Program-made: the position numbers and the translations under genes
Shown here: positions 27,799-40,495 of the stretch, one piece after another
Position numbering within the stretch: position 1 is the first letter of the stretch
Layout: each line of letters begins with the position of its first letter
Notes under the pieces: model-generated
Database searches by the model: none
What the model was told of the DNA's origin: nothing
The model's input: only the letters and a program-made list of their open reading frames with translations
Assembly (NCBI GenBank): GCA_951406725.2
Contig: OX597819.1
Location: 69,006,001-69,070,000, forward strand
From: Octopus vulgaris
Taxonomy: Eukaryota
DNA length: 64,000 bases
Direction of reading: 5' to 3'

Positions 27799-27806
<8 letters not shown>
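27319..27806 (+). repeat. 3' pseudo-LTR of the PLE
   Basis: Downstream of the GIY-YIG stop, reverse complement of 24626-25115, ends in (TA)n. Confidence 0.92.
27641..27684 (+). ncRNA. Minimal type I hammerhead ribozyme (variant core CUGAUGC)
   Basis: GACCA-CUGAUGC-G-GUCAC(AGGAGU)GUGAC-GAAA-G-AA-C-UU-UGGCC. Stem I GACCA/UGGCC has one mismatch; stem II is 5 bp; stem III is minimal. Confidence 0.65.
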
Positions 27807-27864
<58 letters not shown>

Positions 27865-28235
27865 GTATACATAAGTGTGTGTGCGTGTATGTGTGTTGTG
27901 CATATGTATGTATTAAAATACATGTGAAAATGTAAGCGAGTGTGGCGGGGGTGTTGATAAATGTTAGTCAGCTCTGTCTAAAATGCAACAGAATATAGTA
28001 TGTCAGCTATTTACAATATATGTGCTGACGTAAACAAACATTAACCAATGAAAAGCGACTTCATACATAGCATTCCGGTCACAGCAACTTCCTATCAAAG
28101 AAAGTGTAACGCCTTCTTCCGTGAAGGTATGTGTTATCGTGGCTACGGTGTTTCACACAATATTTTATTTGTACTGTTTTACTTGTTTCATTGTTTTGAC
28201 TGCAGCCACTCTGGGTCGATTTTTCCTTCCATATA

Positions 28236-28610
28236 GGCACATGAGTGGCTGTGGGGTAAGTAGTTTCCTTACCAACCACATGCTTCCGCGTTCAGTCCCA
28301 CTGCGGGGCACCTTGGACAACTGTCTTCTACTATAGCCTCGAGCTGCCCAAAGTCTTGTGAGTGAATTTGGTATACGGAAACTGAAAGAAAACCGTCGTA
28401 TAAATGTGTGTGAGAGTGATTGTGTGTGTGTGTGTGTGTGTGCGTTTGTGTGTCCTCCCGCCATCACTTGACAACCGATGTTGGTATGTTAACAACCCCG
28501 CAACTTAGCGGTTCGGCCAAAGACCCCGACAGAACAAGTACTAGGTTCGATTTGTTCGACTATGTGTAGTGCTTCAGCATGGTCGCAGTGAAATACCTGA
28601 AACATATAAA
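28236..28610 (+). mobile_element. tRNA-derived SINE, family C (CORE-like)
   Basis: GAGTGGCTGTGGGGTAAG...GTTCAGTCCC head, then ccttggacaactgtcttctactatagcc. Other copies at 33088-33240(-), 34230-34385(+), 36240-36535(-), 38865-39035(+), 40530-40690(-), 43535-43645(+), 48420-48945(-). Confidence 0.8.
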
Positions 28611-28987
28611 AGAATAAATCCTTTAAGTTGAGTGCTGGGGTCGAAGGAATCGGCACCAAAACCGTGGTACCCCGTGCACCTGTTCGGGTAGCGTCGACTT
28701 GATGGAGGGAGCGAACTAATGTACAGTACCCAGAGTTGATCACTATGAACAAGTGATCACTATGCGCAGGTCTTTCGGTAAAAACTGAACACACTCTCGT
28801 TGTCCTCGACGGGTGAGTCCCTCGCCTATCTCGATATCTATATCGGCCGGTACTGATTCCAAGCAATACTCTACATATACCAGAGTGACCAATTTCTTTT
28901 AAGTTTCATTCATCAATCAAGAAGAAGAAGAAGAAGAAGAAGAAGAAGAAGAAGAAGAAGAAGAAGAAGAAGAAGAAGAAGAAGAAG

Positions 28988-29016
<29 letters not shown>

Positions 29017-29018
<2 letters not shown>

Positions 29019-29265
29019 GTTTTCTTTTCGACCCCTTCCAGGTTCATAAGGGCCGGTTTCTCGGTTTCAGTGGCAGAGAAATTGCCCTCCTGGACGGGAC
29101 GCCGATCCGTCGCAGAATTACTCATTTTCGCCAGCTGAGTTGACTGGAACTACGTGAAATTAAGTGTTATGTTCAAGAACAACGCATCACCCGGTCCAGG
29201 AATCGAAACCACAATCTTACGATCATGAATCTAATACCCTAACCACAACGCCACACGACTCCATC
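29017..29265 (-). mobile_element. tRNA-derived SINE with (TTC)n tail (28920-29016)
   Basis: Family A-like head. The 3' tail is shared with 58270-58365. Confidence 0.7.
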
Positions 29266-29442
29266 TCATGTATTAATACTACCTATATATATCCTTTCCT
29301 TTACATACACTTCTGCAACATTCTGCTTAGATTCCATGCGAGAACCTAAGTGCCTTCTTTTTTGTCTGGCTCACCCTGCTGCTAGTGAAGTTAAACAGAT
29401 GGTGAGATGTCCTTATATGAAGCTAATAGCTTTAGCAATTAG

Positions 29443-29745
29443 GGCGGCATGCTGGCAGAATCGTTAGACCCAGGGTGGGCAATAAAGAAATAAATATCAT
29501 TACGCCGACGAAGGCGGCGAAATGGTAGAAACGTTAGCTCGCCGGGCGAGATGCTTAGTGGTATTTCGCCTGCCGTTACGTTCTGAGTTCAAATTCCGCC
29601 CTGGTCGACTTTGCCTCTCATCCTTTCGGGGTCAATAAAGTAAGTACCAGTTACGCACTGGGGTCGATATAATCGACTTAATCCTTTTATCTTTCCTTGT
29701 TTGTCCTCTCTGTGTTTAGCTCCGCTGTTGGCAATAAAGAAATAA
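29443..29745 (+). mobile_element. SINE family B (short deleted copy followed by a full copy)
   Basis: Matches 18843-19070. Confidence 0.82.
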
Positions 29746-30209
29746 ATACCTTTAGCAATTGTTTTTATTTTTTTAATTCCTCTCGTAATCTGCACTGGTG
29801 CGAACTGTGCGTTTCCTATTGGGACGCTCAGTAAGATTGGTGACTCTGGAAGTGTATCCTTTGCTGTGTCCAGTAGAACGAATGTAGTTCGGTTGACGAA
29901 AGTTCTTTGTAATGTTTGCTGAGATGAAGTGAAGGCATGTGACCGAGTGGTTGTTGGGGTATTCTACGCACGATCGCAAGATTGTGGTTTCTCTACCCGG
30001 ACCGAGTGATGCGTTTTGTTCGTGAGGAAAACACTTCATTTCATGTTGCTCTAAACCGGAAATGAGAGTAACAGTACTACGACTGACTAGCATCTGAGTC
30101 AAGAGAATGTTTGCGATCCTGGTCCCACATACGTCATGGAAACCATGTAAATGACCTTATAAGACCTAGGAATCCGTGACAGTAATGTTCGGGTGTCGTT
30201 GAAATTGCT

Positions 30210-30370
30210 AATGAAGATGGTGACGATGACGACGATGACAATGATGATGATGGTGGTGGTGTTGGTGATGTTGGTGGATGGTGGTGATGGTGATGGTGGG
30301 GTGGTGTTGCTGGTGGTGGTGATGGTGGTGGTGGTGGTGATGATGATGATGGTGGTGGTGGTGGTGGTGG

Positions 30371-30413
<43 letters not shown>

Positions 30414-30480
30414 AATGATGATGATGATGATAATGATGTTGACGATATTGACGATGAGGATGATGATTAATGATGATGAT
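30210..30480. repeat. (GGT)n/(GAT)n low-complexity tract
   Basis: Direct reading. Confidence 0.93.
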
Positions 30481-31062
30481 TGCATTCATTGGTGTCAAGA
30501 AATAGGCCTTCGTCGTGGATTTCGTCAAGCAGATTACACATGCAATTCTCTTTGAAACCAGACCACAACACCGGATCAAAAACTACAAAAACAAAAATTT
30601 GTAAGACATACTGGTTATTTGTAAAAAAAAAAACATTAGCGTTCTACTTGCAACCGATTCGCTGGATCTTAAATATATCCTCTCTGTAAGTATATAATCC
30701 CGAGTAATGCACGACAGAATCCTTTTCATGATTATATAAAAAAAAAAAGTTCTTCCTTTATTAGTTTTTGGATATAATGATGCAGAGTGTTTTATGTAAG
30801 GAGAAATGATTGAGCTGATAGGAAAGAGACTGGCGTTAATGATTCTTCGAGATATGTAGATGAAACTAGACGACTTTATGGGTTTATGTGGTCTGAGATG
30901 TAAAAGCAAAGTTAAATACTCTCAAACCAGAAACCATCACCTAAAACTGTAGCTCATAACCATTGTTTAAACTATGGACACTTTTATTTCCTGTTTTACA
31001 CTATCGGACTTCCATAGTTATTCTATGTGTTTAGAAAAACAACATCTTACGATATGTTTATA

Positions 31063-31278
31063 TTGGGTTGGTGCATAATTATTGCGGCTCTTCTTGAACA
31101 AATTTTATTCAACAAAATTAATGATTATTCCGGAGCACATTCACCATCTACTTCAATGACTGCTTCCTATTTGCTTGGCAGAAGGGCAGACCGTCATTTA
31201 AAGATGTTTTTGTTAAATATTGTTTTTGTTAAATAAGATTTGTTGAAAAAAAGGTGCAATAATTATGCACCAACCCAA
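31063..31278. mobile_element. mariner-type MITE (Hsmar1/MADE1-like TIRs)
   Basis: TA|TTGGGTTGGTGCATAATTATTGC ... GCAATAATTATGCACCAACCCAA|TA: perfect 23-bp TIRs with a TA duplication. Confidence 0.9.
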
Positions 31279-32234
31279 TAATTAAATATTATGAATAATT
31301 TATGAAAAATGTTAAAATATTTTCTGTATTGTAGTATTTTAACGAATTTATTGCAGATAAATTTTAAGAACAAAATTCCTGTTTCGACTTCCAGGGTCAT
31401 GTGATCATCGTTGGGAAACACTCGCCTGAAGCAAACAAATATACATGAGCTGAAATGATACAATATAGTTTTAGAATAGAGGGGTGGTCAAGGATGAATA
31501 TCCTTTTATTGTGTTTCCTAAAACAACGTCGATGTGAAATAACCAAAACAACAACCCGTGCGTCGGACATCATTTAATTTATTCAAAATATCTTAGAAAA
31601 GAAGATTTAATGTCGACGTGGTTTTACGTAATATCGATCATTTTAGATCAATCAAATTCTTTCGGCTCGTTGTGATAATACAAAGCAGCTATCACTTCGC
31701 ACGTTTCTGATTTAATCTACAGAATATTTCTCTATAGCCACAAAGATGGATTGGGGGAGAAACTTGTCAGTGATACTTAACCTGAGTTTATTACGATGTG
31801 GTCTTCCCATGAAATGTTCAAATTCAATGATATGAAAAATCAACACGGACAGAATTTTTTACAAATTTATTAATTTAAAAAAAAATATTGCTGTATTTCA
31901 TCATATTTTATTGTAACATATACGGCCCTTAGAAATCCGATAATTCAGTGCAATATCGTGTAATATAACTTACCCTGTATTGAACAAAAGAACACTGTTA
32001 TTAAAGTTGTTTTTGCACATATCGCATGCTGTACTTTTTAAAATCATCTGAAGTCAAGGCTGCTTTGTTTTCGAATTCTGTTGAGTTCTATTTTTTGTTC
32101 TCATGTATCATACGTTTTTTGCAACGTGTTGATGACATTTATCTAAAGTCTACCTGATTAAGCGAAGATACTCCTATCAGATGAAACCACAGCGTTACTT
32201 CGTTCTGACTTTAGTTAGTTTGTTACTTTCTCAG

Positions 32235-32437
32235 ATGCAGCACGGATTTTTGTCAGTGAACAGGTCGCGGTCTTAAAGCGACGAAAATATTTTGACAAAT
32301 TAAACTTAAATGTTGAAGTGAATGGAACGGCTTTTGTGCGTTTCTTAAATGGCTTACAAACACCTTCCACGCTGCAATAGTTTTCGTTTCAGCACACGAT
32401 CTCAGATCAAATCACTTGCTATGCAGGTACATTTCCC

Positions 32438-32438
<1 letters not shown>
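32235..32438. repeat. Unclassified interspersed repeat (second copy 39846-40000)
   Basis: Both copies share gatgcagcacgga.ttttgtcagtgaacaggt.gcggt...gacaaattaaa...aaatgttgaagtgaat...aaacaccttcca. Confidence 0.7.
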
Positions 32439-32468
<30 letters not shown>

Positions 32469-32478
32469 GTATTTATAC

Positions 32479-33012
<534 letters not shown>

Positions 33013-33048
33013 TATATATGTATGTATGTTTGTATGTATGTATGTATG

Positions 33049-33082
<34 letters not shown>

Positions 33083-33769
33083 TGTATATATGTTTCTGTC
33101 AAAGAAATCCACTCACAAGGCTTTGGTCGTACCGAGGCTATAGTAGAAGCCACTTGCCCAATGTACCACGCATTTGAACGGAGTTGAGAAACATGTGGTT
33201 TGGAAAGAGACTTCTTACCGCTCAGCCACGTCTGCGCCTAATACGAATAAGAAAAATATACAATTCTTACTTTAAAATGGAAATCATTAGCTACAGTGCG
33301 TGGATCAGTTTGTTTTGTGTCTACGATTGTCAGCGTAGATATACACCACCTTAGCAATCCTGGTGTAAATGTATTTTTTTAGTGTGTATGTGTAATAAAT
33401 AGACAGAGAGAGACAGAGAGAGAAAGAGAAAGATTGAGAGGGAGAGAGAAAAATAGAGGCGCATGGAGACTGAGTGTATAAGTGACAAGAATCTTGAGAT
33501 AATTTTTAATTAATGATCACGTGATTAGTTTTAGTTAACTAATTATAGCCAACATTGATTGATCAGAGCAGGTGATCAGAAACCGTTCTCTTATTACAGC
33601 AGATTATGAAGACAAATTTCTCTTTAATGAAACGACGCTCCTGAGCATCAGCGATGAAAATGATAAGGCTGATGATGGTGATGATGATGACGATGATGAC
33701 GATGATGATGATGTAGACGCCGCCGCCGCCGACGACGACGACGAAGATGATGAAGATGATGATGATGTA

Positions 33770-33805
<36 letters not shown>

Positions 33806-34419
33806 GCAATGATGATGATGCGGAGAAGGCGGAATGGGAGAAGGATATCTATCATTCGTAAAAGGCTTTGGAATAAAAGTCGGATTTTTTCTTTAGATGG
33901 GTGGTTAATTGCAACACCAATGATTTTTTTCACTCACTCTTCTCCAATATCAGTCACGGCAAATATTGTTTCAGTAAAGGGTTGTCAGTGTATATATCGT
34001 AATGAAGAAGCTCAAAGAAGATGAAATACAATTTTTCTCAGCTTCTGATATACTTGTGCTTTTGAAAATAGCAAGCTCAAAAGTGGCTGTAAATCCGGGA
34101 CCAATCTCGCACTTTAATTTCTCTGTCACAACGTACTTACATTAACCATGTAACGAACGGGCGCACAAACACACACACGCATGTAAGTATATCATGTACA
34201 TATATACATGTGTATTTATATATGCATTCAAGCGCCAGTATGGTTTTCTGGTAAGGAGTACGCTTTTCAACCAAATGGCCCCGCGTCCAGTTCTACAGTC
34301 GTGCTATCTTGGCCAGTTGCTTTTTTAAATATAGACTCGGGCCGAAGAAAGCCATGTGAGTGGAAACTGAGAGATATACGTTGTATATATATGTGTGTGT
34401 ATTTTTTTTTATCTAGTTT

Positions 34420-35625
34420 CAGCTCACGAGCTGTGGCCATGCTGGGGCACCGCCATTTGGTGTTGCTACATGGTTTTACTTCACGAATGCTGCTTAGCAA
34501 CTGCCATTTGGTGTATGAGAGAGTTTGATGCAGCTGCCCTCATCTGCACCTCCTGCCATGAAGTTGGTTCATCTGGGACACCTGACAGGAAGAGATCCAG
34601 TTTTATTTTAAAGACATCTGCATCCACCCCATGCAGGTCTCTCAGGTTCTTCGGGAGGGTATTGAAGAGCTGTGGGCCTCTGAAGCCCAGGCTATAACAG
34701 TATCTTGTCCTACATCTTGATGGCAAATTTGGAGTCCTTGGCACTATGCAGTGGCGCCCAGTTCTAGCATTTGTGTAACTCTCGATGCCAAAGTTTGGGA
34801 CAAGTCCTTCTAGGATCTTCCAGATGTATATTACGGCATATCTTTCTCGCCTACGCTCTAAAGAATAGAGTCTTAATCTCTTGAGTCTTTCCCAGTAGCT
34901 TATATGCTGCACAGAGGTTATCTTCTTCGTGTAGCTTCGTTGGATTGCCTCAAGTTATGTGATTAACTTGACACTGGATGGTGACCATAGCTGAAAGCAA
35001 TAGTCAAAGTGGCGTAGGACAAGTGCCCTCCAGAGGACCATCATGGTTTCCTGGTCTCTTGTTCTAAAGGTTCTAAGAATCCATCCGGTCAGCCACCTAC
35101 ATTTCATTGCCAATTTAGCAACATACACATGAAAAGTTGCATCATCACTCATGTAAATACCCAGGTCTCGCACTGATTGTGCCTCTGGGATTGCAATCCC
35201 TCCAGGTCCAGTGTATTTATTGGGTATTGCATTTAGTTTTGCACGCTAATAGCATAAAGCTTGAAACTTTTCAGCATTGAACTACATGCTATTCTCTTCA
35301 GCCCACTTATATATTTTGTCCAGCTCACATTGCAGGTGCATAATGTCTTCAAGGTTCTGTATTGCTTGTGAAACTTTTGTATCATCTGCATAACTTGTAA
35401 TCGTGGCTCTCTGCGTAGCTGAGGGCATGTCTGAGAGAGCCATTATGAACAGTAGTGGTCCCAAAACAGTGCCTTGCGAAACACCGCTCATTATTTGCGT
35501 GTTAATGGAAGTGGTGGCTTCTATCCTTCAGAAAGTCATGAAGCCATTCTCCCAATTTTCCAACTATGCCAAGATCACACAGTTTGTGACATCATTCCAT
35601 GATCTACTTTATCAAAGGCCCTTGC
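34420..35625 (-). mobile_element. CR1-group LINE 3' fragment (RT pseudogene)
   Basis: SGVSQGTVLGPLLF, YADDTK, LQCELDKIYKWAEEN, RDLGI, DYCFQLWSP, SYWERLKRLRLYSLERRRER, spread over three frameshifted ORFs. Confidence 0.92.
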
Positions 35626-35672
35626 AAAGGCCTATATGTATATATATATATATATATACATATACACATACA

Positions 35673-36003
35673 TACAAGTCTCATCAATAAGTATCCGGAC
35701 TGTTGCTATAGTAACGAAGCTAAAGCACGGAGAGTGAAGCCGCTTGGCACAGATTGTTCTTTAGCTCTGCTGTGTATGTGCATTAAGTTTTAACGTTCAA
35801 GATCACTTCCGCTATTTACAGCAGTGCTTGGAAGGAAGGTGTGTAGCGTGTGATCATCGCATTGACCATGACAGAGAAATTTGTCATGGCGATACCTGCT
35901 GAGAGGCCTACACAATTTTGCAAAAAGTGTATGGTGAGGAGTATATGAGCCGTACACAAGTGTACGAGTTGTTTATATGTTTCAAATACTACCGAGAAAA
36001 TGA
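35673..36003 (+). mobile_element. mariner 5'-end relic (TIR-like start plus HTH fragment)
   Basis: Start TACAAGTCTCATCAATAAGTATCCGGAC. Translation EAYTILQKVYGEEYMSRTQVYELF resembles the mariner N-terminal HTH. Confidence 0.75.
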
Positions 36004-36239
36004 CAATATTGAACAGTGGGACTGAATTCGGAATCATGTGTTTGGGAAGCAAACCTCTTACCACGCAGCCTCACCTGCTCGTAATGCAAGTGATACGTTA
36101 AATAATATTTTTTTCCAATTCTGAAAATCGAAACCTTTTATATGTAAATAATATTTTTCAACATGTTTCCGTTATTCGTCTGTGGCAATGCTGGGGCAAC
36201 ACAATCGATACCATTGCTTCTTTTTAAACTTGTAACTTA

Positions 36240-36535
36240 TTCTATGTCGAATCACTAAGTTTCGGGGACGTAAACAAAGAAACACCGCTTTCGAAGCAAT
36301 GGTGGGACACAAACGCAATCACACAGACACTGAAACACATACATATACTCACACATGTGTGTGTACACATTCGACGGGCTTCTGCCAGTTTCTATTTTCC
36401 AAACCCACTCACAAGGCTGTGATTGGCCCAAGGCTATAGTTGAAGACAATTACCCAAAGTTCCACTCATTCAGATTGAGCCCGAAGTCGTGTGGCTGGGA
36501 AGCAAGCTTGTTACCATACACCCGCCTCTGCGCCT
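36240..36535 (-). mobile_element. SINE family C
   Basis: Reverse-complement similarity to 28236-28520. Confidence 0.7.
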
Positions 36536-38665
36536 ATATGTTATTTATTTATTTCGGCAAATTTCAATATATTTTATTGCATATATATTTGTGGTTAGTA
36601 ACACTACCGTTGCCACACTCCTTGAAGTTTGATAAATTCACTAGAGTTACTATCACTCGCAGACAAACGAGAAACCTGTTATAGATTAATTGGTGCAGTA
36701 ACTGAAATGTGTTCAAGATAAAGAAGATTCTAAACAATTCCGTACGGATGGAGAACTTAGGTTTTCGTTCGTAAAACTATTAGCAAATCACATACACGAT
36801 ATAGTTTAAAATATGTAGTTTAAGCAATAAATACTTGGAATATTCAAGCACAGTTATCTCTTACAATCGCCTATTAAATGTAATATTAGACTTAGCTTTT
36901 GAAAGTAATAGCGTAATTAAGACAGTGTGCACAAACATTATAATTGAATATTGGTTTGAAAAATAGCTTTTCGTTGGCATATCAATAGATTTTGATCAGA
37001 CACTTTTTCGCAAAGAGATTGAGATAAAAATGGGAACAAATAATTAGTTTTAAACAAAAGACAGGAGGATAAGAAGAACTTGGTTAGAATCGGATGCAGA
37101 CGGCTTGTGTTTATATAATAGTTGTAACACTTAAACTATTATTCGGGACGAGGAAGATTGTAGGTGGTCGGTCGGCTTACTGTAAATGGAAAGTATACTT
37201 CACTCTAATCACATCCTGCCGTCTTATAAAATGGTAATATAGATATCATAATGTAATATTTGGTATACATCTGTCGTCGCTTATCACGGAGGGTTGGTTC
37301 CAAATAGACGTAGCAAAGTTTGGGTTTGTTAAAACATGTTTGTGACATATTTAAACTGCTAAAAGACAAATTCATTACAGCTACCGAGGAGAAAAATTTT
37401 CTCTTATGGTTAAAAGCTGTGAAAACACCATATCTGTTCAGTGTCGCCCCCTTGAGGATTCCCACATATCGATGCGTCTAATTCTTTAACAGTTATCCAC
37501 GGTAGATGCTGATATTACGGTAATTTCCACGACCTGGGCGGTCTACTGGCGCAAATCAGTCAATGTTTTTTTACTATATTTTAGCTAAAGCTACGCTTTG
37601 ATAAGGTCTGTCTAAAGTTGCCTCTCTAAGATATGTCCTATTGATTTCGGCCAAAGAACTAGAAACATCGATGTTTGAGAATACTGATTGGGGGTTAAAA
37701 TATGTCATAAACATATACATATAGGCACAGGCGTGGCTGTGTGGTGAGCAGCTTGCTTCCGGTTTACCGTGATTCAGGTTTCGTGGGATTTGTGTGAGAT
37801 TGACGTGTGATTTCTGTGAGTTTTTTTTTTTTTTTTGGCTGTGCGACATTTTTCCTCTTGTGTGATGCAGAGGGATCGAGTGAGGAGTTACGAAAGTTTA
37901 AGTTGTTCTGTATGAAACGTTGAAACCTGCCGGTCCTTGCACTATGTGTCGTCTGAGGAAGAAATGGTAGCGTGCCTGAAGAAAATAGACAAGTCTATGG
38001 AAGAAAGAATTTATGCTGCACTGACAGAAGAAAATTACGAAGATATAAGACTGGAAGAGGTAAGCAAGTATAAGGGAATGCTGAAAGTGAGGGGAACAAA
38101 GTGAATGTGTTACCCCTTCCGAAGATGTCTAAAAGAAAACGGCGGAAAGAATGGTAGTTTATTCGACGTCCTCGGTGGCAGCTGGAAAAATTGGGAACAT
38201 GTCTACAGTACAGATAGAAAAGGCGTTAAGACCAGTCTGGGAAGGGATTTTGTACCTTGCCAGAGGTAAAAAAGATACAGGACTCTTGACATGTCCAACA
38301 AAGCGTGATGCCTAAACCAATCAGCTCAACCAACCAATCAGCTTAAGTAATTGAGTGATACTACACACTGATTGGTCAGAATACAGTTTGCAAAACCTAG
38401 CACTCGGGAGCCTACCCAGCTGTATTTATAGCACAGAATCAATCATCTTGCTACAGTCAAAAATTGTGAAGCATGACTGTCAACACTACTACATGAACCC
38501 GAAGATTGCAGAATTCAATGCATGAAAGTACTAGTTCAATCAGAATGAACATTTAACATTCTACTATTTCATTTTATTTTATTCAATTATAATATATTAT
38601 CTTATAATATATCATTATAAGATTGTAAATAAAACGTGAAAATCAGACAAGGTTGGAATTCTTTT

Positions 38666-38712
<47 letters not shown>

Positions 38713-38751
38713 CATATATATAAATATATATATATATATATGTATACATAC

Positions 38752-38799
<48 letters not shown>

Positions 38800-39081
38800 C
38801 TGTGTGTATGTGTGTTTGTGTGTGTGTGTGTATGTATGTGTATATGTATATATTCGTGTGTGTTTGTGCTTGACCCCTACCATCGCTTGACAACCCATGT
38901 TGCAGTGTTTACGTCCCGTAACATAGCTGTTTCCGGAAAATAGACTGACAGAATAAGTACTAGGCGTACAAAGAATAAGTCCTGAGTCAATTTGTTTGAC
39001 TAAAGGCGGTGCTCCAACATGGCCGCAGTCAAATGATATATAATATGTATATATAATATGTAATATATAATATATAATTAA

Positions 39082-39720
39082 CATACAACCCTAGAAACAT
39101 TGAGGCTCTCAACACTATTGTACAAAATCTACGTATACTCACTTGGGATCCAAAAATGAACAAAATTCTGAAAGCATAAATTCATTAAATGCAACAAGCA
39201 ACACAAATCGCTGAAAAAACTTCTGACAAATGCGAAGTTTTACATAACCACGAAACCAATGGTTAAAAAATATAAATGCCCAAATTTGGAACATACCTCA
39301 AGCTGCAGGAAGGCTTGCAGTTCCTATTCAAACACAGAGAGATGTACACAATTAAAATCAACTTCACTTGTGCCTCCGAAAATCTAATTTATGTTATAAC
39401 TTGATCAGGTTGTGGACAGACAAGTATAGCGCTACACAAGGAACACATCTTTTTATCACACAACAGAGAGATTAGTTTGATTGAATATGTAAAGAGATGC
39501 GCACACCTCACAGTTTTCCCCATGTACCAGACAAAAGAAACAATTTCTGTACAAGGACGTTTAAATAAAGAAAATTTATTCATGGAAAAATACAGAATAC
39601 GCCTATGTCACTGCCACTGATAGACTTAAGACAATTAATAAATGGCAAAGGTCTGTAGGTACGTGGTACTTCGTTTTCCAAACAGAATATACTATGAATT
39701 ATACTAAATAGTTTTTATAA
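39082..39720 (+). pseudogene. Degenerate PLE 3' fragment (Neptune/Penelope-type linker plus GIY-YIG)
   Basis: TYNPRN...NLRILTWDPKMNKIL, KQHKSLKKLLTNAKF, INFTCASENLIYVIT*SGCG-QT. Frameshifted. Confidence 0.7.
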
Positions 39721-40076
39721 ATCAGAGTTACTTGCTACTGCGTCGGAAGTGCTTGTTACATTATTTCTTTTGAATTAATAAATTTGTAGTGGTAGAAAAG
39801 TAAAGAGCAACACATCGGAATGATATAATAATATTTTTATTATATGATGCAGCACGGAATTTTGTCAGTGAACAGGTAGCGGTTTCAAAGCAACGAAAAT
39901 ATATTGACAAATTAAATTGAAATGTTGAAGTGAATCTAATATTTTTTGTGTGATTTTAAATGGGTTATAAACACCTTCCATTCTGCAATTGATTTTTATT
40001 ATAACTGAACATGAAAACAAACATATGTATGAGTATATGTATATATATATATATGAATACATATTAATATATATGC

Positions 40077-40120
<44 letters not shown>

Positions 40121-40438
40121 ATATACATATATACATACATACATACATACATAAAACACACTCACCGGTTCGATTTCCACTCATTTACTATCAATATCTA
40201 TAAAGCTGAAATGCGAAAAAGTTCTTTGTATCATTTTGGGATGGGAACGGATTAAGGGGCGGTAGATGGGGTTGAATTGGCGCCATAATTTACAGGGACA
40301 TGTAAAAAGGCGAGGAATATTAAAAATATCACTTCATCAGAGACGATGTGAGATGGTTAAATAGAGGGAAAGAGAGAGAGAGTATTATATATATTCGAGT
40401 ACTATTTTCCCACCTTGTTTTGCAGTTATATGCACACC

Positions 40439-40495
<57 letters not shown>

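Larger units (their letters stand above)
24572..27806 (+). mobile_element. Penelope-like retroelement (probably Naiad clade), 5'-truncated, with inverted pseudo-LTRs, inserted in (TA)n
   Basis: RT-GIY-YIG coding region 25114-27122. Inverted repeats 24626-25115 and 27319-27806, each with a hammerhead motif. (TA)n lies directly outside both ends (24541-24571 and 27803-27851). Confidence 0.93.

Noticed and set aside
37790-38320. Possible LINE ORF1 relic (similar impression at 51170-51800 and 49085-49760)
   Set aside because: The composition looks like decayed coding sequence but I found no diagnostic motif; TBLASTX against Repbase or Dfam is needed.
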